Assembly: GCA_051439605.1 (NCBI GenBank)
Contig: JBFRWN010000016.1
Coordinates: 9,927 to 73,926, forward strand
Direction: 5' to 3'
Origin: Synechococcus sp.
Lineage (GTDB): Bacteria; Cyanobacteriota; Cyanobacteriia; Thermostichales; PCC-7336
DNA: 64,000 nucleotides
Below are positions 44,272 through 53,995 of the stretch, piece by piece. Every line of letters begins with the position of its first letter. The stretch's first letter is position 1. The notes under the pieces were generated by a model. The model made no database searches and had not been told where the DNA came from. It saw only the letters and a program-made list of their open reading frames with translations. The position numbers were made by a program, and so were the translations under genes.

Positions 44272-45633
44272 CTAACGCGGAGGGGATCGATCGGCTGCCG
44301 GTGGGGAGCACTGCTGCAACTGCATTAACTGCCGCCTTTGCCAGGCAAAGTAGAGAATATTGATGCCCAACTCCTGGGCGGCGCGAATGGTCTCGCGGGG
44401 GTAATTCAAGGCGGAATCCGGCCCCCAAGCAGAGGTCAAATCGCCGATCGCCAGCACCATTCCCTGCCAGTAACAGATCTGAGTGGCGCGGTTCCCGACC
44501 GGTGGAAATTGTCCAAAGGCAAAGGGCTGATTGCGCAGGGGATGCTCGCGACCCAACTGACCGCTATCGGAGGAGTCTTGCGATAGCTGGACATCCATAT
44601 TCCGCTCGAAGGCTAGCCGTAATTCCAGTACGCGCTGTTCTAGATTGGCCTGCAGCTCCCTCAATTCCGCCTTCATTTCCTCGCGAACATCCTCTAGGTC
44701 TTCCCGACTTTCGGTTTCGGCGATCGCTTTTTCGAGTTTGAACTCAACGTCGGACAGTTCGTCGATTGTCGTCTCTGAAGATGCCACCGTCTCCAGCAGG
44801 ACTCCACCAGAGGAGAGAAATTGCCGCAGAGTTTCCTTGATTGCGGGACCGAGGGCGGGCAGCTGGGTGTGCTCGGCACAGACTAGGTCGAAAGCCCAAG
44901 GGGCGGGGGGGGGATTGGACAGCTGGAGAACCTGCACCGGTGCCCCCTGTAAGGAGGGAAATAACACTTGGAGAGACTGCAACAGAGCATTGATGCTACC
45001 CATGAATTCGGGATCGGCACCCTCTGTCCCCGCCAAAATAGCCACTCGAACCAACCCTAGCGGACGAGCGCGCACCGGATGGCGAAAGCGCAAGTCTAGT
45101 TGGTTTTGGCCTGGAGCGAACACATCGGGGGCGGGGGCAAGTTGAATGGTGTTGGGAGACAGCAGGATACGGCATACTTCCACCTCGCCTTCATCTGGCT
45201 GACGCACGATCTCGTCAATCCGAAACGTCTCCCGCACGCGATCGGTTTGAGCGGGAGCTTCCAGGCGATCGGGATCGACATAGCGGAGGACAACATAGAC
45301 GGTAACGGGCTCGGGGGTAGAGGGGTGGTATGAAATACGGAAGTGCATGGGCTCTGGAACCACGATCGGATTGCCCCAGAGGTCAATCGCAACGCCGGGC
45401 TGCAGTAGAATCCAGCGGTTGTCCCGATATCTAGAGGCAATCTCAGCAGGAGGGTCGACAACCGCAACCCCCAGTCCGCAGACAATTCCCGGCTGCTGCA
45501 AAGACTGATAGTGCAAATTTTGGCGCTGACGGTGGTAATTATGGGCCAGACGCCAGCGATCCGCATCGATTGGCAGTCCGTTGGTTACCTGCAGGCGTTC
45601 GAAGATTTTTGGACTGGGAGGGGAGGGCATCAT
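44272..45633 (-). CDS. CIS-associated protein with C-terminal DUF4159-like domain (putative crown/baseplate accessory)
   Basis: N-terminal ERL...GL...A..W..H.YH..R...PGIVCGL.V...PG.AID..G..IVV motif and C-terminal HPL...PF.F...GDL..AW...ELG.NIL. It follows the baseplate genes. Confidence 0.7.
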   Translation of the reverse strand: MMPSPPSPKIFERLQVTNGLPIDADRWRLAHNYHRQRQNLHYQSLQQPGIVCGLGVAVVDPPAEIASRYRDNRWILLQPGVAIDLWGNPIVVPEPMHFRISYHPSTPEPVTVYVVLRYVDPDRLEAPAQTDRVRETFRIDEIVRQPDEGEVEVCRILLSPNTIQLAPAPDVFAPGQNQLDLRFRHPVRARPLGLVRVAILAGTEGADPEFMGSINALLQSLQVLFPSLQGAPVQVLQLSNPPPAPWAFDLVCAEHTQLPALGPAIKETLRQFLSSGGVLLETVASSETTIDELSDVEFKLEKAIAETESREDLEDVREEMKAELRELQANLEQRVLELRLAFERNMDVQLSQDSSDSGQLGREHPLRNQPFAFGQFPPVGNRATQICYWQGMVLAIGDLTSAWGPDSALNYPRETIRAAQELGINILYFAWQRRQLMQLQQCSPPAADRSPPR

Positions 45634-45700
45634 AGGGCAGCAGGGGAGCGAAGGCAGGGGAATTGTAGTGGGAATGCTGTTTGGGGGAGCAGACTATTGC

Positions 45701-46798
45701 CTAGAGAACAGCTGCTAGGTCGGTCGAAGCGCTACCGCTCTCTGGCCCGTCCCGTTCTAGACCTTCACCAGGTAGTACCGACAATTCGTAGGTGCAGAAG
45801 GCGGGCTTTTCCTGTTCGATGATGGTGCGCACTAAAGCTTCGTCCAGAGGAAGGTCAGGGGGGGGACGCAAGATGACCGAGAAGTGAAAGGGACGGTCTC
45901 CCCCCACAATGGCATTGACCCCCATCCTGCTTTTTCCCAGTGTCAATCCTTCTGCTGCCCGATCTTGAATCTCAATAAACGGGTAACCGTCTGGGCTCGC
46001 TCCTGTTAGGGGCAGGCTGGTGTAGAGGTGTAGGTACAGTCGCAACCCTCTCCGGGTCCCCCGCCAGCGATAGATCTCTAGCGCTCGGTGAATCAGCTGG
46101 CGCTGCTGGGGGATGGACCAGCGAGCATCGAGCGGCCACCCCACCCACTCAGCCAAAAAAGGCAATAGTGCTTCTGGAGCTGTGAGCGGATCGAGGTGAG
46201 CCCACATCGCGTTCAGAGTGTGAACGGCTGGCTCAAACGCCTGTTCGAACAGTGCCAGTAGGCGTCCGATAAAGTCCACCTCCCGATAGAGATTGGGAAC
46301 AAAGTTTAGATAGAGACTGGGGGGTCTGACAGAAACAGTAAGGATGGCAGTCTCCTGCAGTTGTCGACCGGAGGTTCCCTCTAGGGCGATCGCCCTCAGG
46401 TGAAGCCGGTAGTCTAGCTGCTGAGGCCCGGCAGCTGGCAGGATGTCGTAACGTTCAAAAAAGTTAGCGGGAACGTCAAAGAACATCACCGCTGTCGTAC
46501 CCTGTCGGGGATCCAACTCCGCAGTTTCCAGTGTCAAGCTGTACCATGCAGCCGGGAAATCTCCTTCTACCTGCAGGAAAACCTGCAGAGGGCGATCTCC
46601 GCTGTTACTCAGATTGATGACTAATTCCCCCCGTTGACCGGGTCTGACCAAGAGGGTGGTGCCGCCAACGCGTTCGCTGCTACCCTCCAAAATTCCTACT
46701 CTTTCTGGAGCGATGGCGGCGAGGTCGGGTGCAGCCTCCGGTACCTGCATTGGGGTAAGGTACAGTCCCAGCGATCGCTGCAGTTGAGCTTGCGTCAA
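45701..46798 (-). CDS. Phage tail/baseplate wedge protein (P2 GpI-like; Afp12-like)
   Basis: Motifs F..R.L..FEQ...LDPLTAPEALLPFLAEWVGW, YRWRGTRRGL and IIEQEKPAF. Confidence 0.88.
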   Translation of the reverse strand: MTQAQLQRSLGLYLTPMQVPEAAPDLAAIAPERVGILEGSSERVGGTTLLVRPGQRGELVINLSNSGDRPLQVFLQVEGDFPAAWYSLTLETAELDPRQGTTAVMFFDVPANFFERYDILPAAGPQQLDYRLHLRAIALEGTSGRQLQETAILTVSVRPPSLYLNFVPNLYREVDFIGRLLALFEQAFEPAVHTLNAMWAHLDPLTAPEALLPFLAEWVGWPLDARWSIPQQRQLIHRALEIYRWRGTRRGLRLYLHLYTSLPLTGASPDGYPFIEIQDRAAEGLTLGKSRMGVNAIVGGDRPFHFSVILRPPPDLPLDEALVRTIIEQEKPAFCTYELSVLPGEGLERDGPESGSASTDLAAVL

Positions 46799-46880
46799 AT
46801 CGACTCCTCACCCGATTGGGGATTGGCTGGTACATTTCTGCCAGGCAGAGGGATTGCTCTCAAATCGGCGATCGGGCCTC

Positions 46881-49088
46881 TCACGTGACAAAGGTAATGG
46901 TGTGGCTGGAGCCTAATTGCGGATCGTGCCAGGAGCAGGGCAGTTCCAAAGGACTCAGAGGAATCGAGCGCTGGTTCGCGAGCGTGCGCACCCAGTTCCC
47001 CTGCGGTTGCTGCCGCAGTTGAAATAGCTGAATATCTCCCAGGTATCGCAGCCCCTCGATACCCTGAAATACTGCCGCAACACTGGAGGCATGCACTGTG
47101 TTGCCAAAGGACCATCCCTTACCATCAGGCCCGCCCACCAGCGGGTTGAGCCCGCGATACAGGACAGCCAGCAACCTCTGGCGCAGATCCTGCTTGGCTG
47201 CCTCAGTGTTGTATTCGGGGGCAATCCCTACCTCTGCCTGAACGGATACCCCAACATAGGTCGGTTGTTGCAAGCGGGCTCGTACCCCCAACAGACAGCG
47301 TTCGTGCAGGTAAGCCAGCAGGTCTTCCTCCAAGACCGGGTTTATGGCCAATCGATCGGGGTGAAGCCCCTCCGTGGCAATCGCACCGGTGTTGGCTTGA
47401 GGAACGATCCACACATCGATCGTTCCGGGGGTGGCGGCTTTGCCGCTTAGGGGGGGACAGAAAGCCCGCGCCACCCGACCGGCACTTCCCTCAAGAGCGA
47501 GGGTTTCAAAGTCCTCCGGTGTGACTGCGCGATTGCGAGTGCGAAACAGGCGGGGCACCCGCAGTACGGCATCTTCAAGCGACTCGGCATCCTCACCGTT
47601 GTGGGCCGGCTTGTAGTTAGTCACTTCAGACACGTACGGCACGGCAGTTTTCAGAGTATTCAAGGTGCCTGATTGAACGTTGCCCGCTCGACCGCCCCCC
47701 GTGCGATAGGCTGCCATGCGAATCTGAGCCCCTCGCTGCGGCACTGCACCGTACTGTCGTTCCTGGACCTGCCGGTTTAGAGCGCTGCCGTCCGTGGGGA
47801 GAGCCACCGCCCCATCCATCTGTATCCGCGTTCGTAATTGGGTCTCAGCCCGCAGTTGACCGGGCTCGCGCACGAGCGGCCCAAACAGCACTTCACCGGT
47901 AAGGGAATCCAGCACGTAGTGAAGATCCTCCGGACCGGATTCGGCGAAATCACTCACCTCCTGCCAAACTTCGGGCATGCCAGTGGATGGGGGCGTGACC
48001 ACCAAATGTTCTCCAGGTCGGCGAGCCAATACCGGTCGCTCTTGCAGTGCAAACCGCTGTCCGGAGGTACCGTCGCTCTCCCCCAGTAGTTCGTCCCTGA
48101 CAACTGTGTACTGGCTTGCTGCGATCGTGCCACCGATCGATCTCGCTGACAGCCCCATCAACTGGGGGGAGGCCAAATAGCTCGTACCACTATCTGCCTC
48201 CTGGGTACAGACACAACGCAGCCAGTGGCCGCGATACCCCGAGAACGTTGACACTGGCCAGCGAGTGGGTAAATGCAACAGTATGTCCGCCTCGGTTACG
48301 GCATTGGGTTCCTGCGCACCCGGCACATCGCTGAAACTGAATCCCTTCGTTTTGTCATCTACTCCTTGCCTCAAAACGGGTTGCCACTTATGGCCATCCC
48401 AGGCTTCCCAACGGCGGGGGGGACAGTCGGGGTTGATGCCAGTGGATGTTGCCACCTGACCGGTTGCCGTCACCGCGATCGCGTTCCCTTCAATGTCCGA
48501 GTTGGGGGTGAAAACGAGGTAAAAGCAATTACCGGACTGGGGGCGTTCGTTGAAAATGAATTGCTCCGGTCCGGACCAACTTCCATCTGACTCTTGCGTC
48601 CAAATGTCAGCGAAGCAATCGTCTAGCTCGTCGGGCTGCAAGTCAGCAGTTTCTGCCCGCAAGAAATGTTGAATGCGAGGCACTCCGACAGTTAGCGGAA
48701 GGTCGGTGCTAAAGACAATGGCTTCCTCCGTCTCCGTTCGCGCTGTCGCTACTTCGGTGCCAGCGAGAATTGCATAGGGCTCGGGTAGACTGGCTGCCAA
48801 ATAAAAAGAAATATCGGTTTGGGCAGGAGCAGGAGGTTGTAGCCGAATTCCCAAAACCTCCAGAAATGTGACGTAATTACGGCGAGGCACCTGGTTGAAC
48901 CGCAGCAGCATTTGGTCCGTTAACCAGGCAAACAATTCCACCAATGTGATGCCGGGATCGCTGGGGTTGTAATTGGTCCACTCGGGACAGTAGCGGGGAA
49001 TGCGCAGCAGGCATTCTTGCACCAGATCTTGAAAGGTGCGATCGTCCAAGTCTGATTTGGGCAGGTTGGGTAGAAAATCGAATTTCAC
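46881..49088 (-). CDS. CIS baseplate assembly protein (baseplate J-like, Afp11-like)
   Basis: Motifs LDDRTFQDLV...IPRYCPEWTNYNPSDPGITLVELFAW, YRTGGG..GNV and RAVTPEDFE. Confidence 0.93.
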   Translation of the reverse strand: MKFDFLPNLPKSDLDDRTFQDLVQECLLRIPRYCPEWTNYNPSDPGITLVELFAWLTDQMLLRFNQVPRRNYVTFLEVLGIRLQPPAPAQTDISFYLAASLPEPYAILAGTEVATARTETEEAIVFSTDLPLTVGVPRIQHFLRAETADLQPDELDDCFADIWTQESDGSWSGPEQFIFNERPQSGNCFYLVFTPNSDIEGNAIAVTATGQVATSTGINPDCPPRRWEAWDGHKWQPVLRQGVDDKTKGFSFSDVPGAQEPNAVTEADILLHLPTRWPVSTFSGYRGHWLRCVCTQEADSGTSYLASPQLMGLSARSIGGTIAASQYTVVRDELLGESDGTSGQRFALQERPVLARRPGEHLVVTPPSTGMPEVWQEVSDFAESGPEDLHYVLDSLTGEVLFGPLVREPGQLRAETQLRTRIQMDGAVALPTDGSALNRQVQERQYGAVPQRGAQIRMAAYRTGGGRAGNVQSGTLNTLKTAVPYVSEVTNYKPAHNGEDAESLEDAVLRVPRLFRTRNRAVTPEDFETLALEGSAGRVARAFCPPLSGKAATPGTIDVWIVPQANTGAIATEGLHPDRLAINPVLEEDLLAYLHERCLLGVRARLQQPTYVGVSVQAEVGIAPEYNTEAAKQDLRQRLLAVLYRGLNPLVGGPDGKGWSFGNTVHASSVAAVFQGIEGLRYLGDIQLFQLRQQPQGNWVRTLANQRSIPLSPLELPCSWHDPQLGSSHTITFVT

Positions 49089-49498
49089 TGCTCCTCCCCT
49101 GTCGGGAGCAAGTAGAAGGGATAGACCATGCTGCGGCGCTCGTAATCACCCTTAGCGCAATAGTCCAAGGAAATATCCACCCGCCCCCGCATCGGATCGG
49201 GCTCTGTCATAATCCCCACCAGTTCCACCCTGGGTTCCCACCGCTCGATCGCCTCCCGCACGTACAGTCGTATGCGGCGGAGAGTTTGAGCATTCATTGG
49301 GGCAAACGCCAACTCCGAGAGTCGAGAGCCAAAGTTCGGACGGTAGACCCGTTCCCCCAGATTGGTTTTGAGAATGATGCGGATTGATTCTTCCAGATTG
49401 GGCAGATCGCCGCTCAGCCGGATTCCCCCTTGCACGGTAAGCCGCAGCGGAAACGACCATCCGCGACCGATGTAGTTCTTGCTGGAACTGTCGGGCAT
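49085..49498 (-). CDS. GPW/gp25-family baseplate protein (Afp9-like)
   Basis: Motifs G.GW.FP, I..IL.T..GERV.RP.FG, WEPR and VYPFYL. It overlaps the baseplate gene by 4 nt. Confidence 0.93.
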   Translation of the reverse strand: MPDSSSKNYIGRGWSFPLRLTVQGGIRLSGDLPNLEESIRIILKTNLGERVYRPNFGSRLSELAFAPMNAQTLRRIRLYVREAIERWEPRVELVGIMTEPDPMRGRVDISLDYCAKGDYERRSMVYPFYLLPTGEEQ

Positions 49499-49624
49499 GC
49501 TGACCTCCGACGGAAACCGCCGTTAGTGTCGTTAGTAACGTATCGAGCCCCTGCCACGATTGCCATTGGCCAAAAGTCGAAACCCGTCCCCAATCAGGTA
49601 ATTTCCAATTCCGAACCGCACTTC

Positions 49625-51850
49625 CTACCGTGACAGTGCTGAGGTATCAAGGGGGACAAGCCCCGCTTGTTGCAGCACGGTCTGTCCTTGGCGGGTACCA
49701 AACAGTTCGGCGAACTTTTCACCCATAGGTGGCAGACTGTTGTCCCTGGGATAAACCACCCCGAGTGCGTAGGCTAGGGGATAGCGACTATCGCTGTTGC
49801 GTCGGAAGCGTTCCGACGGCATAAAGTAATTTCCTTTTAAGCCGCAAAGGTCTGTTGTAGGTTGAATCGAGTGGCCATTCGCCGCGACCAGCGATTGGAC
49901 GGGGGGACGAGCCTCTGCACCGATCGCCAGAGGGTAGACAGAGCATTGGTTGAAGGCAAGGCTTAACTGCAAAAACCCCAACCCGCCCCTCGGGCTGGAG
50001 TCCTCGAAATCCCTCAAAATGGACTGCATCATCTCTAAAGGGGGTAATCGATGAATTCGATTTGAGGGGACAACCGGCACTGTGCCGCTTCGTAGAACCA
50101 GTCGGTTGAAAACGTGGGTTGCTTCAACGGAGTCAGGTCGGTAGAGCCGAACTGACAGACTCGGGCCCCCCACTGCTTCCCATTGCTCCACCCTACCGCT
50201 GTAAAGCTGGCGCACTTGGTCTAAATTGAGGCGACCGTTCAGGCTTTTTGGCAGACTGTTATCCCGTCGGGAGGTACTAAAGGCGACCAGTATGGCAATG
50301 CCGTCATAGGCAATGGCTTTCGACGTGAGGGTGGGGGGTAACTCTCCTACGAGGGGGACAATGGCAAAGTCTGCCCTGCCGGTTTCTACAGCAGCGATCG
50401 CCAACTCCCAAGTATTGCTGGGCTCGAAGTCCAACGCTAACTGAGGCTGAACGTCAGCCAACTGCATTTCTAGGTCCTGCCCCCCTCGCTGGGTCACCCA
50501 ACGCACGGTATCCCAAATTCCACTGCGAATTGCTGTGTAGCGATAGCGGCCTGCTGGCACGCTGTCCACGTCAGACCAGCGGTTCAGTAGAGGGGCTGTG
50601 AACGTTTGCTGGCGATCGGAGGGCCGCAACCATTTCAGCAGCATGAATCCAGCCAGTCCTAATAGACCGAGGGCGATGAGTGCTGTGACGATCGCAAATA
50701 GCAGAAACAGCCATCGAGGCTGCCGTTGCTCGGAGGGGGAGTCCGATACCTCGAACGGGATGGATTCTGGTTCTGCAACCCCTGGCTGGGGCAACTGCTG
50801 CCTAGCTTCTGCTGCGCTGGCAAAGGGATCGCCAATCCCCAGCAGCCGCTCGACAAATTGCTGTAGGGGCTGCGTGTCGGGTGTCCAGCGCTCGTCTTCT
50901 GCTAGAAGCTGAGCTCGTTCGGCCGCTTGCATCGGCCGCTGGATGGAGGTGCTGGTTAGCAAGGCATAGCTAACCCATCCCAACGCCTCTAGGTCCTCTT
51001 TGGGAGAGTGCCGAACAACACTATGGGTCTGTGGGGAGAACAAATCCTCCCATAACGCTAGGTCGCACAGGTAGATAAAGGGCTGTCCATCGCGATCGAC
51101 CCAGAGCAACCTGGATAGGCCAAGATTGCCGCAGCTCATGCCTGCCTGCACCTGGCCAGAGGGGAGCCGAAATTTTTGTTCGTGCAAGCACTCTAACGTT
51201 TGCAAGACCTGATGCAGCACGATGCGGACCTGTTTGGGGACGAACGGCTTATCCATCAATCGAGTACCTAAGGTCGGTGCCAGATTGAGAGAGTCGGAAA
51301 TCACATAGCAGCGCTGCTGACGGCGATCGACGATCGCCTCTGTTGGAGCAATCAGCCGCAGATCTGGATTGCGACCGTCTGCCAAATTGAGTCCGGCGAC
51401 ATTGGCAAAGCTGCTCTGTCGCAAGCGGGCCTCGTCTGGGTTGAAGTAGCGTTCTGGCAGCAGGTACTCTTTGACGGCGATTGCCTGCCCGGAAGTGACC
51501 TCGATCGCCGCATACAGACGTCCAAGCCCCCGAGCACCGCGGCATTGTTCGATACGGTACTGTCCTTTTTTCCCTTGCATCTCGGTCCCTTCCCTTAGTG
51601 GAGTGGGGAAGCCACAGGTGGGACATTGGGTTTCCGAAGGTACATTCTGGTTGGCTTGCAGGGCGAAGGTGCATTCCAGAGGGTTGTCTTCAACGCATCG
51701 GTAGCGGTTATAGGGTAAGGGGACAGATGCATGGGATTTGTCTCCATTGGCTGCGAAGTCGCGGGGAGATAGGGGAGTGGCTGTTTCCGTCGTAGGTGTA
51801 AGCGGATCGGGTTTGAAATTCTCTTGAATCTGTTGTGTGTCTTGTGCCAT
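49625..51850 (-). CDS. Zn-ribbon + Ser/Thr kinase-like domain + TM + PstS-like substrate-binding domain fusion
   Basis: N-terminal C..C...CPTC, kinase-like RGLGRLY and IAVKEY, a TM helix, and PBP motifs IAYDGIAILV, LNLDQVRQLYSG...W..VGG and YPL. Confidence 0.82.
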   Translation of the reverse strand: MAQDTQQIQENFKPDPLTPTTETATPLSPRDFAANGDKSHASVPLPYNRYRCVEDNPLECTFALQANQNVPSETQCPTCGFPTPLREGTEMQGKKGQYRIEQCRGARGLGRLYAAIEVTSGQAIAVKEYLLPERYFNPDEARLRQSSFANVAGLNLADGRNPDLRLIAPTEAIVDRRQQRCYVISDSLNLAPTLGTRLMDKPFVPKQVRIVLHQVLQTLECLHEQKFRLPSGQVQAGMSCGNLGLSRLLWVDRDGQPFIYLCDLALWEDLFSPQTHSVVRHSPKEDLEALGWVSYALLTSTSIQRPMQAAERAQLLAEDERWTPDTQPLQQFVERLLGIGDPFASAAEARQQLPQPGVAEPESIPFEVSDSPSEQRQPRWLFLLFAIVTALIALGLLGLAGFMLLKWLRPSDRQQTFTAPLLNRWSDVDSVPAGRYRYTAIRSGIWDTVRWVTQRGGQDLEMQLADVQPQLALDFEPSNTWELAIAAVETGRADFAIVPLVGELPPTLTSKAIAYDGIAILVAFSTSRRDNSLPKSLNGRLNLDQVRQLYSGRVEQWEAVGGPSLSVRLYRPDSVEATHVFNRLVLRSGTVPVVPSNRIHRLPPLEMMQSILRDFEDSSPRGGLGFLQLSLAFNQCSVYPLAIGAEARPPVQSLVAANGHSIQPTTDLCGLKGNYFMPSERFRRNSDSRYPLAYALGVVYPRDNSLPPMGEKFAELFGTRQGQTVLQQAGLVPLDTSALSR

Positions 51851-52112
51851 TGCCAGACTCGGTTATGCGGTGGCGGAAAACCATTCACCCCCTCGTAGGG
51901 TATCCGGTTGATGGGGGGAAGACCCGATATTTTTTTAGCCTTTACGAGGGGGGCGATTCGAAGCTTGATGGCATCTCCAGCTTCTTGATTGCCATAAATT
52001 AAGCAACTTGAATTCCCTTTAAGGTTGACTACGTTTCGAGAAAGAAGGTTTTCGTACCTTTGCTGGATAGTTTAAGCATGGGCAAGATCTTAATGGTACG
52101 AGGTTGACCCTA

Positions 52113-52322
52113 ATGGCGCAGGCAGAGGTTGCAAGGCTGTATCGGTCTATCCAAGACGATCCAAAGTTAAGAATGAAACTGGGTAGCGCCCTCGATCGCG
52201 ATGAATTCGTGAATATTGCTCAGTCGTTTGGTTACGATTTCACAGCATCGGAATATCTGGAAAGCATCCGGTTTAAAGTGGAAGAACTCGATTGCTCAGT
52301 TTCTGAAATTCCTGGGATCTAG
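52113..52322 (+). CDS. Nif11-like leader peptide family protein
   Basis: M...V..L...I..DP.LR..L......EFV.IA...GYDFT..E is the Nif11 pattern. GAGG lies upstream. Confidence 0.8.
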   Translation: MAQAEVARLYRSIQDDPKLRMKLGSALDRDEFVNIAQSFGYDFTASEYLESIRFKVEELDCSVSEIPGI

Positions 52323-52528
52323 CCTCCAAGTGTTGCTATCGAGCAAGCCAACATTTTTCCTCAACGAAGGCAATCATCAAACCATCTTTCTGGAAAGGAT
52401 GGTTTTTTTGTGCGAATGGCTCTTTGTCGATGGCATGACTTCCTTTACAGCAATAACGGGTAAGGCTGTCTGACGGTTGGTTTGCTCGCACGGCCGAACG
52501 CCGATTGCAGGCCATCGACTGTTTTGAA

Positions 52529-53995
52529 TTACCCGATCGTTTCCTGCATGGAAAGCTCGACGGTAGCACCTTGCCAATCAGAAAAAACTATTGGCTGAGG
52601 TTCAACAGTATAAGATGAGCCAGCTAAGGGATAAAAATTTGGTTCGGTGGGGGTGACATTGTCCTCTAAATCGAAATTGATGGACAACAAGTCTATTTCC
52701 CCAGATCTTACGTCGGTTGGCAGTAATGCTTGATTCCCCCCTTGAATCATCGCAGCATCAGTCCGATCAGGCAAGAGTACCAGAGCCGAAATAACGGTTG
52801 CGCTACCCAACAAAACCGGCCAATAAATCAACTTAGGAATCAGGTTATCCTCATAATCAATCCAATTCAACATGGGATTATGGCTTCTATTTTCAAGAGA
52901 AAACAGGAAGGAATTGACGGAGACTCCCAGTAAGGCAATGTACAATAACGGATAAAAATATTCTACATAAACGATGCTCGATCCAGCAAATTGCTCTCGA
53001 ATTTGAACCTGCGATAGCAAGACCACAAAGAACAATCCCGAGCAAACACCAATTACTCCACTGGTATTCATGCCAAATATCGATGATTGGCTTTCATTTC
53101 TTGTGATCATCATCATAGTCGCAAAAATGAGGCAAGCAATAATAAATACAGGTAATATATAAATGACGAATGAGTTGATAAAGCGGCGTTTAATGATCAC
53201 ATTGTAATAAAGCTCGGGTTGATTCTCTAAATAGCCTCCTTCGTAGATGCCAAATCCTGTATCGTAATCTTGGAATTGGTAATCATAGAAAGTCTCTAAA
53301 AGATTCCAGTGACCTAGAACAATATTCTTGTCATAGCCAAATGTATCTCCTATTCCCGTTGCTTTATAAGAATAAAAGTCAGGAACTAAAATGGTATCGC
53401 GATCGTAATCATTACTCCAGAATCGGATCCAAACTGTCTTATGATCGAAGGGATATTTTGAGTAGTCGAATTTCTGTTTTAAAGTTGCCTCAAAATACCA
53501 TCCAATGACTTCTCGATCGCCCTCGATTATCTCTCGATAAGCAAACGTAGGTTCAATATTGTTTCCACTTTCTACGACTTCTGGAAGAACAAATCCGACG
53601 GGAATATCTTCTCCAAGGACACCCTCATATTTAGAGCTAGGGTATATCTGCCAAATATAACCTGTAAAGTTAACTTCTGTTGAGTTGTTAAATTTAAGTG
53701 ATTGAATAAAAACCCCGATTGGTACAATGTTTTCTGGCATAGTGGAAAGATTGTTTGACAAAAAACTCTCCACTTCAGTCTGATTGGTTAGCTGATTGAC
53801 ATTAGGGTTGTATTTTTTCGTTGTATAAATCCAAATCAAGCCAATTGTAATTACAAACAATATAGAGATTGAATTAGAGATTTTCCAGCATAGCCCTTTA
53901 TTCATCTTCGAATCTCCTGGTAAATTGAATTGAGTCCCTGCTTGAAATACGAACTCATAAGCTGCTCCAATGACAAGAAATACTGTTCCGGTCAC
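52529..53995 (-). CDS. Membrane protein with ligand-gated-ion-channel-like extracellular domain and four C-terminal TM helices, possibly 5'-truncated
   Basis: Pattern P.GVFIQSL.F...TGYIWQ...FDYSKYPFD...L.Y...KR followed by four hydrophobic helices. The gene is AT-rich and IS relics lie just upstream. Confidence 0.65.
   Translation of the reverse strand: MTGTVFLVIGAAYEFVFQAGTQFNLPGDSKMNKGLCWKISNSISILFVITIGLIWIYTTKKYNPNVNQLTNQTEVESFLSNNLSTMPENIVPIGVFIQSLKFNNSTEVNFTGYIWQIYPSSKYEGVLGEDIPVGFVLPEVVESGNNIEPTFAYREIIEGDREVIGWYFEATLKQKFDYSKYPFDHKTVWIRFWSNDYDRDTILVPDFYSYKATGIGDTFGYDKNIVLGHWNLLETFYDYQFQDYDTGFGIYEGGYLENQPELYYNVIIKRRFINSFVIYILPVFIIACLIFATMMMITRNESQSSIFGMNTSGVIGVCSGLFFVVLLSQVQIREQFAGSSIVYVEYFYPLLYIALLGVSVNSFLFSLENRSHNPMLNWIDYEDNLIPKLIYWPVLLGSATVISALVLLPDRTDAAMIQGGNQALLPTDVRSGEIDLLSINFDLEDNVTPTEPNFYPLAGSSYTVEPQPIVFSDWQGATVELSMQETIG

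Noticed and set aside
44272..49498. Prophage interpretation of the tail and baseplate genes
   Set aside because: There are no capsid, terminase, portal, integrase or lysis genes. The Afp15-like ATPase, Pvc16 and DUF4157 point to a CIS.
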